This document shows, piece after piece, positions 15,126 through 24,680 of a stretch of 27,669 nt of DNA. The position numbers and the translations under genes are program-made. Positions within the stretch are counted from its first letter, which is position 1. Each line of letters opens with the position of its first letter. The DNA comes from Candidatus Micrarchaeota archaeon. GTDB taxonomy: Archaea; Micrarchaeota; Micrarchaeia; Anstonellales; Bilamarchaeaceae. The notes beneath the pieces were generated by a model. The model searched no databases. It had not been told where the DNA came from and saw only the letters and a list, made by a program, of their open reading frames with translations. The stretch covers positions 1 through 27,669 of the forward strand of contig JBDRIM010000001.1 of assembly GCA_043816005.1 (NCBI GenBank), read 5' to 3'.

Positions 15126-17021
15126 ATGTTTAAAGCAAAACGCATGAAGAAGGTTAGAATAATCGTACTAACATCCATAATTGAAAAACTAATTAAAGAC
15201 CTTCATGAAATAGGCCTAGTTGATGTCAGAAAAACCAAATACGATGGATTAGACAATGGAAGAACATTGCCTGCTTTCGATGAATTATCTGATCAATTGA
15301 TCAAACTACGGGCTGTTCACAATTTGATGGAATCAGTAATGGATAAACAGGTCGTAGGAGAACCAAAATATATTGAAGGAAAAAAAGCACTTTCAATGGC
15401 TAAACAATTTGAAGCGGAAAATCAACTCCGAAATCTTAATCAAGAGGCCAATGATCTGAACGAAAAGATAAAAATGCTTGATAATGAAGTAGTTGCAGTG
15501 AAAAAAATTCTTCCTTTTAAGAATGTTGATTTTGGAAAATTATCAACAAGATCAATAGATTTTAGAATTGGCGAAATTCCAATATCTAAATTACCAAGAT
15601 TAACAGCTATAATAGCAAAGCTTGGAACTGGAAATGTTATTAGTGAAGGAGATAGTAACGTAGTATTGATTCTATTCGAAAGGAAACACGAACGAAAAAT
15701 CGATTCTGCACTTACTGACAATGCATTTATAGATATCGGACTTCCACAGAATATTACAACTCCAAGTGAAACGATTGGTAAAGTAGATGCTGAGATCAAT
15801 GCAAAGAGATCACATTTGGCTAAAGTAAAAGATGACATGGCAGTGATTGCAAAAAACAACATAGATACAGTAAGAAACATAATTGCCTCGCTTGAAGTAG
15901 AAGCTGCAAGAGCTGAGATTGCATCGAAATTCTCTAAATCAAAATCATTACATGTCTTAGAAGGATGGATAATTGGTTCAAATTATGATAAAATAATAGA
16001 TATAGTCAATAAATATGGTAACAAAGCAACAATTGAAGAAGTGAATTTTGGTCATGATGAGATGCCCCCAACAGTTCTCGACAACCCAAATGTTGCATCG
16101 CCTCTTGAATTTATTACTAAAAGTTATTCAATGCCAAATTATTACGAATTAGACCCAACCATGGCATACCTAATTGCGTTGCCAATTTTATATGGTATGA
16201 TAGTTGGGGATTTCATATATGGAATTATATCGGCAATATTGGCATGGTGGCTGATGAGGAAATTTGCGAAAAGTTACATAATGTATAATGTTTCTAAAAT
16301 TTGGCTATATTCTTCAATTCCAACAATGGTATTTGGTATAATCTTCGATGAATGGGCTGGAATGTCGCATTATCACCTTATTGAATATTTTGGCAAGTGG
16401 ACTGGAATTGAACTACTTCATTCGTCCCTATATACGGGATTACATAGAATGGAAAACATATTACTTTTGATTGGTTTGAGTGCTGCAATGGGAATAATCC
16501 ATTTAACTGCAGGGTTTATTTTTGGAGCCATTAACGAATGGAAACATAACAAAAAGCATGCATTTGCAAAAATAGCCTGGATAGGTGTGGAAGTTGGAAT
16601 GTTGTTAGCTTTACTCCCGCAACTCGGATTGTTGCCTCTTGATTTTACAGTTGCAGGTTTAGTTGTTTTGGTAATATCAATAATCGGACTTGCTTTAACA
16701 GAAGGCATCATAGGCATAATAGAGGTTCCTGGATTTATGGGGAATATACTTTCTTATAGCAGAATTGCAGCAGTTGGTATAGCTGGAGTTGTTATTGCAG
16801 AACTTTTAAACGAATTTCTTATACCTTTGCCAGAACAAGGACTAATGGTAATAATTATGATTCCTATATTTATTATTTTACATATATTGAATTGTTTTGT
16901 TGCAATGTTTGAAGCTCTGATCCAGGGTGGCAGACTTAATATAGTTGAATTCAGATCGAAATTTTTACACGGCGGCGGTGATGTTTTCATCCCATTTGCT
17001 TTGTACAATAAAAAACTTTAA
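15126..17021 (+). CDS. atpI: A-type ATP synthase subunit I (a)
   Basis: LEGWI, PPTVLDNP, PNYYELDPT, GDFIYG, essential Arg in SYSRI, RLNIVEF. Confidence 0.97.
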   Translation: MFKAKRMKKVRIIVLTSIIEKLIKDLHEIGLVDVRKTKYDGLDNGRTLPAFDELSDQLIKLRAVHNLMESVMDKQVVGEPKYIEGKKALSMAKQFEAENQLRNLNQEANDLNEKIKMLDNEVVAVKKILPFKNVDFGKLSTRSIDFRIGEIPISKLPRLTAIIAKLGTGNVISEGDSNVVLILFERKHERKIDSALTDNAFIDIGLPQNITTPSETIGKVDAEINAKRSHLAKVKDDMAVIAKNNIDTVRNIIASLEVEAARAEIASKFSKSKSLHVLEGWIIGSNYDKIIDIVNKYGNKATIEEVNFGHDEMPPTVLDNPNVASPLEFITKSYSMPNYYELDPTMAYLIALPILYGMIVGDFIYGIISAILAWWLMRKFAKSYIMYNVSKIWLYSSIPTMVFGIIFDEWAGMSHYHLIEYFGKWTGIELLHSSLYTGLHRMENILLLIGLSAAMGIIHLTAGFIFGAINEWKHNKKHAFAKIAWIGVEVGMLLALLPQLGLLPLDFTVAGLVVLVISIIGLALTEGIIGIIEVPGFMGNILSYSRIAAVGIAGVVIAELLNEFLIPLPEQGLMVIIMIPIFIILHILNCFVAMFEALIQGGRLNIVEFRSKFLHGGGDVFIPFALYNKKL

Positions 17022-17034
17022 AAAAGGTGAAAAA

Positions 17035-17289
17035 ATGGTAGACGCAACAGTAGCAGGAAATTTTTTAACTAGCGAAGGTGCAATGGCAATTGGTGCCGGT
17101 ATTGCAATGGGATTGAGCGCTCTCGCAGCTGCTTGGTCACAGGGTACTGTCGGTGCAGCAGCAATGGGTGCAGTTGCTGAAAGACCAGAAATGGAAAAGA
17201 ATGTTTTGATTTACATTGTACTTCCGGAAGTTCTTGCAGTTTTCGGTTTCCTAGTCGCAGTGCTCTTATGGCTAAAAATTGGAGCATAA
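17035..17289 (+). CDS. atpK: A-type ATP synthase subunit K (c, proteolipid), single hairpin, 84 aa
   Basis: SD AGGTGA; two TM helices, AERPE loop, ion-binding Glu in LPEV. Confidence 0.96.
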   Translation: MVDATVAGNFLTSEGAMAIGAGIAMGLSALAAAWSQGTVGAAAMGAVAERPEMEKNVLIYIVLPEVLAVFGFLVAVLLWLKIGA

Positions 17290-17299
17290 GGTGCTTTAC

Positions 17300-17869
17300 A
17301 TGGGAATAGAGAAGCTGAAGGGCTCTCTTCTCTCTGAGGCAAACGAAGATGCACGAAAGATAATCGAAACAGCCGAAGCCCATGTTAGGAGCATGGTTGA
17401 AGAAGAGCGTTCTAAAGTATCTGCAATCAAACGAGATGCAAAAGAAGATGTAGAGCAACTCATCGAAGAACAACGAAACGAACGCTTGGCTTGGGCAAGA
17501 TTAGAATCTAGACGCATACTTGCTGAGGCAAGAGAAGATGCCATAAAGAATGTGCTTGAAGATTTTTTTGATGCACTTAAAAGTGCAAAAAAGAATCCAG
17601 AATATAAAAAATTCATTTCCAAAGCAGTAGCCGAAGCTGTAGCGGAACTTGGATCTGACGCCACAGTTAGAGTCCTAAAAGGGGAAAGAAAACTTATTCC
17701 AACCCTAAAAAATGCAAAGATTATAGAAGATCTTGACGCACTTGGGGGTGCCATTGTTGAAAGTAATGATGGAAGGATAAGAATTGACCTTACCTTAGAA
17801 ACCTTATTTGAATCAAGAAGAGATGAAATAAGGAAGCAAATCGATGATAAATTATTCGGAGGTAAATGA
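17300..17869 (+). CDS. atpE: A-type ATP synthase subunit E
   Basis: MGIEKL..coiled coil..LGGAIVESNDGRIRIDLTLE; SD AGGTG. Confidence 0.95.
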   Translation: MGIEKLKGSLLSEANEDARKIIETAEAHVRSMVEEERSKVSAIKRDAKEDVEQLIEEQRNERLAWARLESRRILAEAREDAIKNVLEDFFDALKSAKKNPEYKKFISKAVAEAVAELGSDATVRVLKGERKLIPTLKNAKIIEDLDALGGAIVESNDGRIRIDLTLETLFESRRDEIRKQIDDKLFGGK

Positions 17870-18960
17870 TGAAACTGCCCAAGATAGAGAATCGTGCCTT
17901 AAAGTATGGTTACTCGAATGCAAGAGTAAAGGCTATGAAAGGCCTTCTACTCAAGCAAGGTCAGTTAGATGAAATGATACGAGTTACAACAGTGCAAGCC
18001 ATGATTGAGCTTTTGCACAAGACAGGATATAAAAACGAATTAGTGAGTGCTTCGGTTGACTATTCTGGTTCTGCCTTGATTGAACTTGCTGCCTCTCGCA
18101 ACTTTGCAAGAATTGTGAGAAAGCTCTTGAAAATAACTCCAAAAGAGGACCAGAATGCACTCAGAGCACTCCTCATTAGATGGGATCTTTTGAATCTAAA
18201 ATCACTTATGCATGCAAAACGGCTTAAGAGAAATTATGATGATGTTAAACAGTATTTATTTGAAGTTGGCGGATTGACTGATGATGATTTTAGAAGGATA
18301 ATGAAATCTGATGATACAACGATTATGAGAGAACTCAGAAGAACAGAATTAGGAGAGAAGATGTTATCCATAAGTACTACGAACTTGAATAGAAAAATGA
18401 AAGAAAGTTTTACAAATGCACTTAGAAGTCTAGATATGTTCATGCAAATGGAAACAATAATTGACGCATATATCTATCTTTTTATGGATCACGCACTTGC
18501 AGAAGTAGGTGCACGTGATGTAGATAACATAAGAAAAATTTTAAAGAGAGAAATAGACGCAAAGAATATACTAGTCATTGAACGATTGAAAAAGTATAAT
18601 ATTAATAAAGAAAAAATCATTGGTAGTTTGATAAGAGGCGGAACAATAAATGAGTTAATGATAGAAAGACTAATAGAAGCAAAAGATCTCCAAACAGTTG
18701 TGAATATAATAAAACCAAAATTTAGACAGATTGAAATCCGCGGAGAAAAACTTAGATTGACAGATTTAGAGATTGCACTTGAAAAATCAGTAACAGCTCA
18801 AAAGGTTTTGGCATTCCACACAGACGTATTATCAGTAGGAGTGATAATCGGTTTCCTTTTACTTAAAGAAGAAGAAATAAACAATATTAGAAAGATAGCG
18901 AAATGCAAAGAATTCAACATCCCTGAAAATGAAGTTAGGGAAATGTTAGTAGTTGTATAG
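17866..18960 (+). CDS. atpC: A-type ATP synthase subunit C
   Basis: YGYSNARVKAMKGLLL, WDLLNLK, KEEEINNIRKI. Confidence 0.95.
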   Translation: MMKLPKIENRALKYGYSNARVKAMKGLLLKQGQLDEMIRVTTVQAMIELLHKTGYKNELVSASVDYSGSALIELAASRNFARIVRKLLKITPKEDQNALRALLIRWDLLNLKSLMHAKRLKRNYDDVKQYLFEVGGLTDDDFRRIMKSDDTTIMRELRRTELGEKMLSISTTNLNRKMKESFTNALRSLDMFMQMETIIDAYIYLFMDHALAEVGARDVDNIRKILKREIDAKNILVIERLKKYNINKEKIIGSLIRGGTINELMIERLIEAKDLQTVVNIIKPKFRQIEIRGEKLRLTDLEIALEKSVTAQKVLAFHTDVLSVGVIIGFLLLKEEEINNIRKIAKCKEFNIPENEVREMLVVV

Positions 18961-18969
18961 AGGGTTTTG

Positions 18970-19293
18970 ATGAAAGCAAAAATTATAGTCATCGGCGATG
19001 CTCCACTGGTCATGGGCTTTAGGCTGGCCGGTATTGACAATACCGTGATAGTTAATGAGAATACCATCCAATCTGAATTGGAGCGTACCCTCGAAAATAA
19101 AGAGTATGGAATTATCATAACAAGTGAAATTATGCTCAATAAAATAGATTGGAGACTTAAGAGAAAGATAAGTACAATCGCATATCCCGTAGTTATACCA
19201 ATGCCAAATTATAGTGGGAAAAGTGTTGAGGGTGACGAGATAAGAACATTGATTAAGAGGGCATTGGGTTTTGATTTAGGTTCCAAAAAATAA
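18970..19293 (+). CDS. atpF: A-type ATP synthase subunit F
   Basis: KIIVIGD..VMGFRLAGI, IKRALGFDL. Confidence 0.96.
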   Translation: MKAKIIVIGDAPLVMGFRLAGIDNTVIVNENTIQSELERTLENKEYGIIITSEIMLNKIDWRLKRKISTIAYPVVIPMPNYSGKSVEGDEIRTLIKRALGFDLGSKK

Positions 19294-19311
19294 TAAAAAG
19301 GTGTATTCAAG

Positions 19312-21099
19312 ATGGCAAAAAATGGAAAAAAACCTGCAGCAAACCAAAAAAGCATGGTAAAGCGAGGTCAAATTGAAAGGATTAGCGGTCCGGTTGTAGA
19401 GGCATATGTGCCAGGCGCCAGACTTTATGATGTTGTAAAAATAGGTAATGAAAAACTTCTTGGCGAAATCATCAAAATAGTTGGCAACACATCAGTTATT
19501 CAGGTTTACGAAGACACTTCAGGTCTTAAGCCAGGTGAACCTACAGAAACAACTGGCCAGCCTTTATCAGTTGAATTTGGCCCAGGCATTTTACAAAGTA
19601 TTTATGATGGAATTCAAAGACCACTCAAATCAATTGAAGAGAAAGCAAAGGGTGTGTTTATAACAAGAGGAATAGAAGTCCCTGCTCTTGACAGAAAAAA
19701 AGTCTGGGAATTCAAAGCAACGGTAAAAAAAGGAGATAAGATAAAAATTGGCGATGTGATTGGAACAGTTCAGGAAACAGAACTTATATTACATAAAATA
19801 ATGTCACCAAAAGAGGGTAAAATAGAATCAATTTCATCTGGTAAATATACCGTAGAACAAGAAGTTGGATCGATTTCTCATGAAGGTAAAAAATACCCAC
19901 TTATGATGTATCAGAGGTGGTTCGTGAGAAAATCAAGGCCAGTTATTGAAAAATTCCCACCAACAATTCCACTGATTACTGGACAAAGAATAATAGATAC
20001 ATTTTTCCCAATTGCAAAAGGAGGTACTGCATGCATTCCAGGTCCTTTTGGTTCTGGTAAAACAGTTACTCAACAGAGCCTTGCTAAATATTCAGATACA
20101 CAGATAGTTGTCTATATAGGTTGCGGTGAACGTGGAAATGAAATGACAGATGTACTTAAGGAATTTCCACACTTAATTGATCCGAAATCAGGCAAACCAC
20201 TTATGCAAAGAACCGTGCTTATTGCCAACACCTCAAACATGCCTGTTGCTGCACGTGAAGCAAGTGTTTATACCGGGGTTACCATTGCAGAATATTTCAG
20301 AGACATGGGATATGATGTTGCATTGATGGCAGACTCAACTTCAAGATGGGCAGAGGCTATGCGTGAAATCGGTGGTCGTTTGGAAGAAATGCCTGGTGAA
20401 GAGGGTTATCCTGCATATCTTGCAAGAAGACTGGCAGAATTCTATGAAAGAGCAGGACGTGTACGCTGCCTTGGAACTGATGAAAGATATGGATCTGTTT
20501 CAATTATTGGTGCGGTTTCACCACCAGGCGGTGATATTTCTGAGCCAGTTTCACAAAACACTTTACGTGTTACTAAAGTTTTCCTTGCACTTGATGCTTC
20601 TCTTGCATATAGACGACACTTCCCAGCAATCAACTGGCTGAAGAGTTATACATTATACGGTGATAGCCTTGAAGAGTTCTATACAGAAAAAGTATCATCT
20701 GATTTCACAAAAATTATCAAAAGTGCTATGGCATTACTTCAAAAAGAATCAGAACTTCAAGAAGTTGTACAGCTGGTTGGACCTGATGCATTGCCTGAAA
20801 AAGAACAGGCAGTTTTAATGGTAACCAAAATGTTGCGTGAAGACTATCTTCAACAAAACGCATATAGTGATATTGATGCACGATGTGAATTGAAAAAACA
20901 ATATCAAATGCTTAAGATCATCATGAGATTTGGCGAAAGAACGAATAATGCTTTAGATCTTGGTGTTCAGCTTAAGAGAATAGATGAACTCAAAGTAAAG
21001 GGAACTATCGGCAGAATGAAAGAAATCGCTGATATGAAAGAATTTGACAAACTCCGAAAAGAGATTGACGGCAATTTTGATGATCTTCTAAAAAGGTGA
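19312..21099 (+). CDS. atpA: A-type ATP synthase subunit A (no intein)
   Basis: Walker [33 protein letters not shown]. Confidence 0.99.
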   Translation: MAKNGKKPAANQKSMVKRGQIERISGPVVEAYVPGARLYDVVKIGNEKLLGEIIKIVGNTSVIQVYEDTSGLKPGEPTETTGQPLSVEFGPGILQSIYDGIQRPLKSIEEKAKGVFITRGIEVPALDRKKVWEFKATVKKGDKIKIGDVIGTVQETELILHKIMSPKEGKIESISSGKYTVEQEVGSISHEGKKYPLMMYQRWFVRKSRPVIEKFPPTIPLITGQRIIDTFFPIAKGGTACIPGPFGSGKTVTQQSLAKYSDTQIVVYIGCGERGNEMTDVLKEFPHLIDPKSGKPLMQRTVLIANTSNMPVAAREASVYTGVTIAEYFRDMGYDVALMADSTSRWAEAMREIGGRLEEMPGEEGYPAYLARRLAEFYERAGRVRCLGTDERYGSVSIIGAVSPPGGDISEPVSQNTLRVTKVFLALDASLAYRRHFPAINWLKSYTLYGDSLEEFYTEKVSSDFTKIIKSAMALLQKESELQEVVQLVGPDALPEKEQAVLMVTKMLREDYLQQNAYSDIDARCELKKQYQMLKIIMRFGERTNNALDLGVQLKRIDELKVKGTIGRMKEIADMKEFDKLRKEIDGNFDDLLKR

Positions 21100-21144
21100 A
21101 AAAATGCAGATGCATTTTTTCTTTATAAAAATAGGAATTTTTAT
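21098..21144. repeat. Two tandem inverted repeats between atpA and atpB
   Basis: GAAAAAATGCA-GA-TGCATTTTTTC (21098-21121) and ATAAAAAT-AGGA-ATTTTTAT (21125-21144). Confidence 0.75.
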
Positions 21145-21156
21145 GAGGTGATACTG

Positions 21157-22551
21157 ATGAAAGAATATAAAACAATCACTGAAATCGCAGGTCCGCTTGT
21201 TGTAGTTTCTGACGTTAGTGGCGTTGCATACAACGAAATAGTCGAAATTATGATGCCGAATGGCGAACGAAGAAAAGGGCAGGTACTTGATGTTAGTACA
21301 AATACTGCAGTTGTGCAGGTATTCGGTTCAACAACAGGTATCAGTACGACGCAATCAACAGTCAGGTTCCTCGGAGAAACAATGAGACTTGGTCTTAGTA
21401 GTGATATGCTTGGCCGTATTTTCACTGGTCTTGGTGAACCAAGAGACAAAGGACCAAAAGTCATTCCAAAAGAAAAAGTAGATATTACAGGTCTTCCAAT
21501 CAATCCATATTCACGTGAAATGCCTAATGAATTTATCCAAACTGGTGTATCAACTATTGATGGTATGAATACCTTAGTAAGAGGTCAAAAACTACCTATA
21601 TTCTCCGGTGCAGGTCTTCCGCACAACCAATTAACAGTACAGATAGCAAGACAGGCCAAAGTTAGAGGAACTGGGGAAAAATTTGCAGTTGTTTTTGCTG
21701 CCATAGGTATTACGCATGAGGAAGCATCATTTTTTATGAGAGATTTTGAAAAAACTGGGGCACTTGAAAGTGCAGTTCTTTTCCTTAATCTTGCAGATGA
21801 TCCTTCAGTTGAACGTATTATCACACCACGTCTTGCATTGACAACAGCAGAATACCTAGCATATGAACAAGGGATGCATGTGCTTACTTTGATTACCGAT
21901 ATGACAAACTATTGTGAAGCTTTGCGTGAAATTTCTTCAGCAAGACAGGAAGTTCCAGGTAGACGAGGTTACCCAGGTTACATGTACACTGACCTTTCTA
22001 CAATTTATGAAAGAGCGGGCCGTGTAAGAGGAAGTACCGGTTCGGTTACTCAGATCCCTGTTCTTACAATGCCCGGTGATGATAAAACCCACCCAATCGC
22101 TGACCTTACCGGTTACATTACAGAGGGTCAGATTCTCTTAAGCAGAGATCTTCACAGGAAAAACATTTACCCACCAATTGATCCGCTTCCATCATTATCT
22201 AGATTAATGAACTCTGGTATTGGTGATGGTAAAACAAGGGAGGATCACAAAGGTGTTTCAGATCAGCTTTATGCTGCTTATGCAAATGGCCGAGATTTGA
22301 GAAGCCTTAGTGCAGTTGTAGGTGAAGAAGCATTATCTGCTACAGATAGAAGATTCTTGAGACTAGCTGACGAATTTGAAAAGAAATTTGTCAAACAAGG
22401 TGCTTACGAAAATAGAGATATCGAAACAACATTAGATATTGCATGGGAACTACTTGCAATCTTACCTGAAGAAGAATTGAAGAGAGTTAAGCGAGAACAC
22501 ATTCCAAAGTATCTGAAGAAAAATGGAAATGGGGAAGATAAAGGAGAATAG
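21157..22551 (+). CDS. atpB: A-type ATP synthase subunit B
   Basis: [49 protein letters not shown]. Confidence 0.99.
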   Translation: MKEYKTITEIAGPLVVVSDVSGVAYNEIVEIMMPNGERRKGQVLDVSTNTAVVQVFGSTTGISTTQSTVRFLGETMRLGLSSDMLGRIFTGLGEPRDKGPKVIPKEKVDITGLPINPYSREMPNEFIQTGVSTIDGMNTLVRGQKLPIFSGAGLPHNQLTVQIARQAKVRGTGEKFAVVFAAIGITHEEASFFMRDFEKTGALESAVLFLNLADDPSVERIITPRLALTTAEYLAYEQGMHVLTLITDMTNYCEALREISSARQEVPGRRGYPGYMYTDLSTIYERAGRVRGSTGSVTQIPVLTMPGDDKTHPIADLTGYITEGQILLSRDLHRKNIYPPIDPLPSLSRLMNSGIGDGKTREDHKGVSDQLYAAYANGRDLRSLSAVVGEEALSATDRRFLRLADEFEKKFVKQGAYENRDIETTLDIAWELLAILPEEELKRVKREHIPKYLKKNGNGEDKGE

Positions 22552-22555
22552 AAAT

Positions 22556-22595
22556 AACCTCAGTGGGGTTCCGGGGGTTTCCCCCGGGAGAGACC
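22556..22595 (+). repeat. GC-rich hairpin(s) between atpB and atpD
   Basis: AACCTC-AGT-GGGGTT, then CCGGGGG-TTT-CCCCCGG (22571-22587). Confidence 0.8.
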
Positions 22596-22599
22596 AAAA

Positions 22600-23268
22600 A
22601 TGGCAGCAACAGACGTAAATCCAACAAGAATGGAGCTCATAAAAACAAAAGAGCGCATTACACTAGCAATCAAAGGACACAAATTGCTCAAGCAAAAAAG
22701 AGATGCACTTATTTTGGAATTTTTTAAAATTTTGAAAAAAGCACAGGATTTACGTGGACAGCTTGCTGAAAGAATGGCAAAAGGATATCATTCTCTTGCT
22801 CTTGCAGAAACTTATCACAACATTCAAGAATTGACTAAAGTTTCTCTTGACCTTAAAAAAGATATTGACATTGATATCGAAGTCAGAAACGTCATGGGCG
22901 TAAAGATACCGAATATTACTGCAAAAATGGAGCACAAACACTTCCTTAGCTTGCCAACTTATTCTGTTGCTGCAACAAGTGCAAAATTAGATGCAGCAGT
23001 AGATGACTTCAATGAAATCTTGCTGATGACTATTAGACTTGCAGAAACCGAAACTGCGATGAAAAGACTTATTGTTGAGATAGAAAAAACCAAAAGAAGA
23101 GTTAATGCACTTGAATTTGTGCTCATTCCAAGGCTTGATGATCAGAAAAAACTAATTACTTTTAGACTTGAAGAAATGGAAAGAGATAGTTTTGTCAGCT
23201 TAAAATCAATTAAAAGAAAATTGGATAAAGAAAAGAAAGCAAAGATGTTAGGAAGCCAGACTTCCTGA
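22600..23268 (+). CDS. atpD: A-type ATP synthase subunit D
   Basis: PTRMEL, GHKLLKQKRDAL, EIEKTKRRVNALE, LEEMERD. Confidence 0.98.
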   Translation: MAATDVNPTRMELIKTKERITLAIKGHKLLKQKRDALILEFFKILKKAQDLRGQLAERMAKGYHSLALAETYHNIQELTKVSLDLKKDIDIDIEVRNVMGVKIPNITAKMEHKHFLSLPTYSVAATSAKLDAAVDDFNEILLMTIRLAETETAMKRLIVEIEKTKRRVNALEFVLIPRLDDQKKLITFRLEEMERDSFVSLKSIKRKLDKEKKAKMLGSQTS

Positions 23269-23325
23269 CTATGTCGAGATCGATGCATCGATCAAGGACG
23301 TGGCTGGTTAGATGTTGCAGTCTAA
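23250..23325. repeat. Hairpin cluster at the end of the ATP synthase operon (possible terminator or stabiliser)
   Basis: AGGAAG/CTTCCT (23250-23266), perfect palindrome GATCGATGCATCGATC (23278-23293), TTAGA/TCTAA (23308-23325). Confidence 0.65.
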
Positions 23326-23446
23326 ATAATATAAAAGTGTATCTAAATGGCATAGAATGGAGCTAATTAATCAAAATTTGACATAAAATGATGCTGATAG
23401 ATACTTGTTCAGACATTGATAATAACTAAAGACAGTTTCAGCATAA

Positions 23447-23914
23447 TTAAATCTCCAAAAATCCATTTTTGCTTTGATAAATTCCTTTTCCTTCTCGTCT
23501 TTTTTTCACATTAACAACTTCACCTGCAAAAATAATATGATCTCCGACTTCAATTTCATTTACAATTTTACATTCAATAGTATAAAGTGCCTCTGCAATT
23601 GCAACAGAAGGAATTTCACATTTTTCCTTTGTAACCCCCCATGCTTTGAATTTATCACCATCTCTGCCACTTAATCTACCAAACTTTTCTAATTTATCTT
23701 TCATATCAAAACCAGGAACATTTATAGTGAAAAAACCACTTGATTTCATAAGATCAAAAGTGTATCTTGCTTTGGCTATTGCAACACCAAAAATTGGTGG
23801 TGATGCAGATAAAGGATAAGTCCAAGATGCAGGCATAAAATTATCAATTCCATTATGACTGGCACCAATTAAACAAACACGCATTGGGTAAAGTAATTTG
23901 TAAAAATTTTCCAT
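23447..23914 (-). CDS. Flavin reductase family protein (split-barrel, flavoredoxin-like)
   Basis: NFMPASW, SPPIFGVAI, FTINVP, GRLSGRDGDKF, IECK, GDHIIFAGEV. Confidence 0.93.
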   Translation of the reverse strand: MENFYKLLYPMRVCLIGASHNGIDNFMPASWTYPLSASPPIFGVAIAKARYTFDLMKSSGFFTINVPGFDMKDKLEKFGRLSGRDGDKFKAWGVTKEKCEIPSVAIAEALYTIECKIVNEIEVGDHIIFAGEVVNVKKRREGKGIYQSKNGFLEI

Positions 23915-23947
23915 GGAATTAGAACGAATAGAAAATTTATAGACTTT

Positions 23948-23977
23948 GGGGTTCGAGGGGGCTACGCCCCCTCAAAC
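23948..23977. repeat. GC-rich hairpin in a divergent promoter region
   Basis: GAGGGGGC-TAC-GCCCCCTC (23955-23973) preceded by GGGGTTC. Confidence 0.8.
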
Positions 23978-24043
23978 AACAAAATTCGGCTAGAACCGCA
24001 GTAAAAAAGAAACGGTTTAAATTCATGCAGACCATGTTAAACT

Positions 24044-24652
24044 ATGAGGATTTTACCGATATTCGCGATTTTGGTTTTCGCTGGTGGTTTGCTATTTTTT
24101 GGATGTTTAGAACCGCAACAGCCAGTTGTGAATGATACAGACACAGGAAATAACACAACTGTTATAACGCCACCATTAGTTGGTAATGATAGTGATGAGC
24201 ATGGTTGTAAAGGTTCGGCTGGGTATAAGTGGTGTGATATTAGTCAAAAATGTATAAGACCATGGGAAGAAAACTGTACTTTAGTAATGAATATTACAAA
24301 TTTTGATGATTGCGCTGCTGCCGGATATCCTGTTGTAGAAAGCTATCCTGAACAGTGCATAATGCCAAATCAGACATTTACCAAAGATATTGACCAAACT
24401 TATTTGATGAACCAAACCATTTGTGAAGATGGAGGCGGACATTGGATTACTTGCAGTAGTATCTGCGAGGAAACAGAAGATGGGACAGTTTGTAGTGAAT
24501 ACAGATGTATGTCATACTGTGAATGTGGTGGATTAGGAGGATTTAGATGTCCAGAAAACTTTTACTGTACTGATTATTATCCAGAATGGACTTCAGATGC
24601 ACTTGGCGTTTGTAGACCAAATTCAGAATTAATTGATGATGTAGAAAAGTAG
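24044..24652 (+). CDS. Cys-rich modular lipoprotein / surface protein
   Basis: Lipobox LFFGC; 16 further Cys; motifs DEHGCxGSAGYxWC, FDDCAAAGYPVVESYPEQC, CGGLGGFRCP. Confidence 0.9.
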   Translation: MRILPIFAILVFAGGLLFFGCLEPQQPVVNDTDTGNNTTVITPPLVGNDSDEHGCKGSAGYKWCDISQKCIRPWEENCTLVMNITNFDDCAAAGYPVVESYPEQCIMPNQTFTKDIDQTYLMNQTICEDGGGHWITCSSICEETEDGTVCSEYRCMSYCECGGLGGFRCPENFYCTDYYPEWTSDALGVCRPNSELIDDVEK

Positions 24653-24680
24653 AAAAATATAATTATAGAGGTGTTTTGAT

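Noticed and set aside
19312..21099. Intein in ATP synthase subunit A
   Set aside because: Length is normal and the sequence after GPFGSGKT is uninterrupted
23940..24000. tRNA-like GGTTCGA motif
   Set aside because: No cloverleaf, D-arm or acceptor stem; it is part of a simple hairpin
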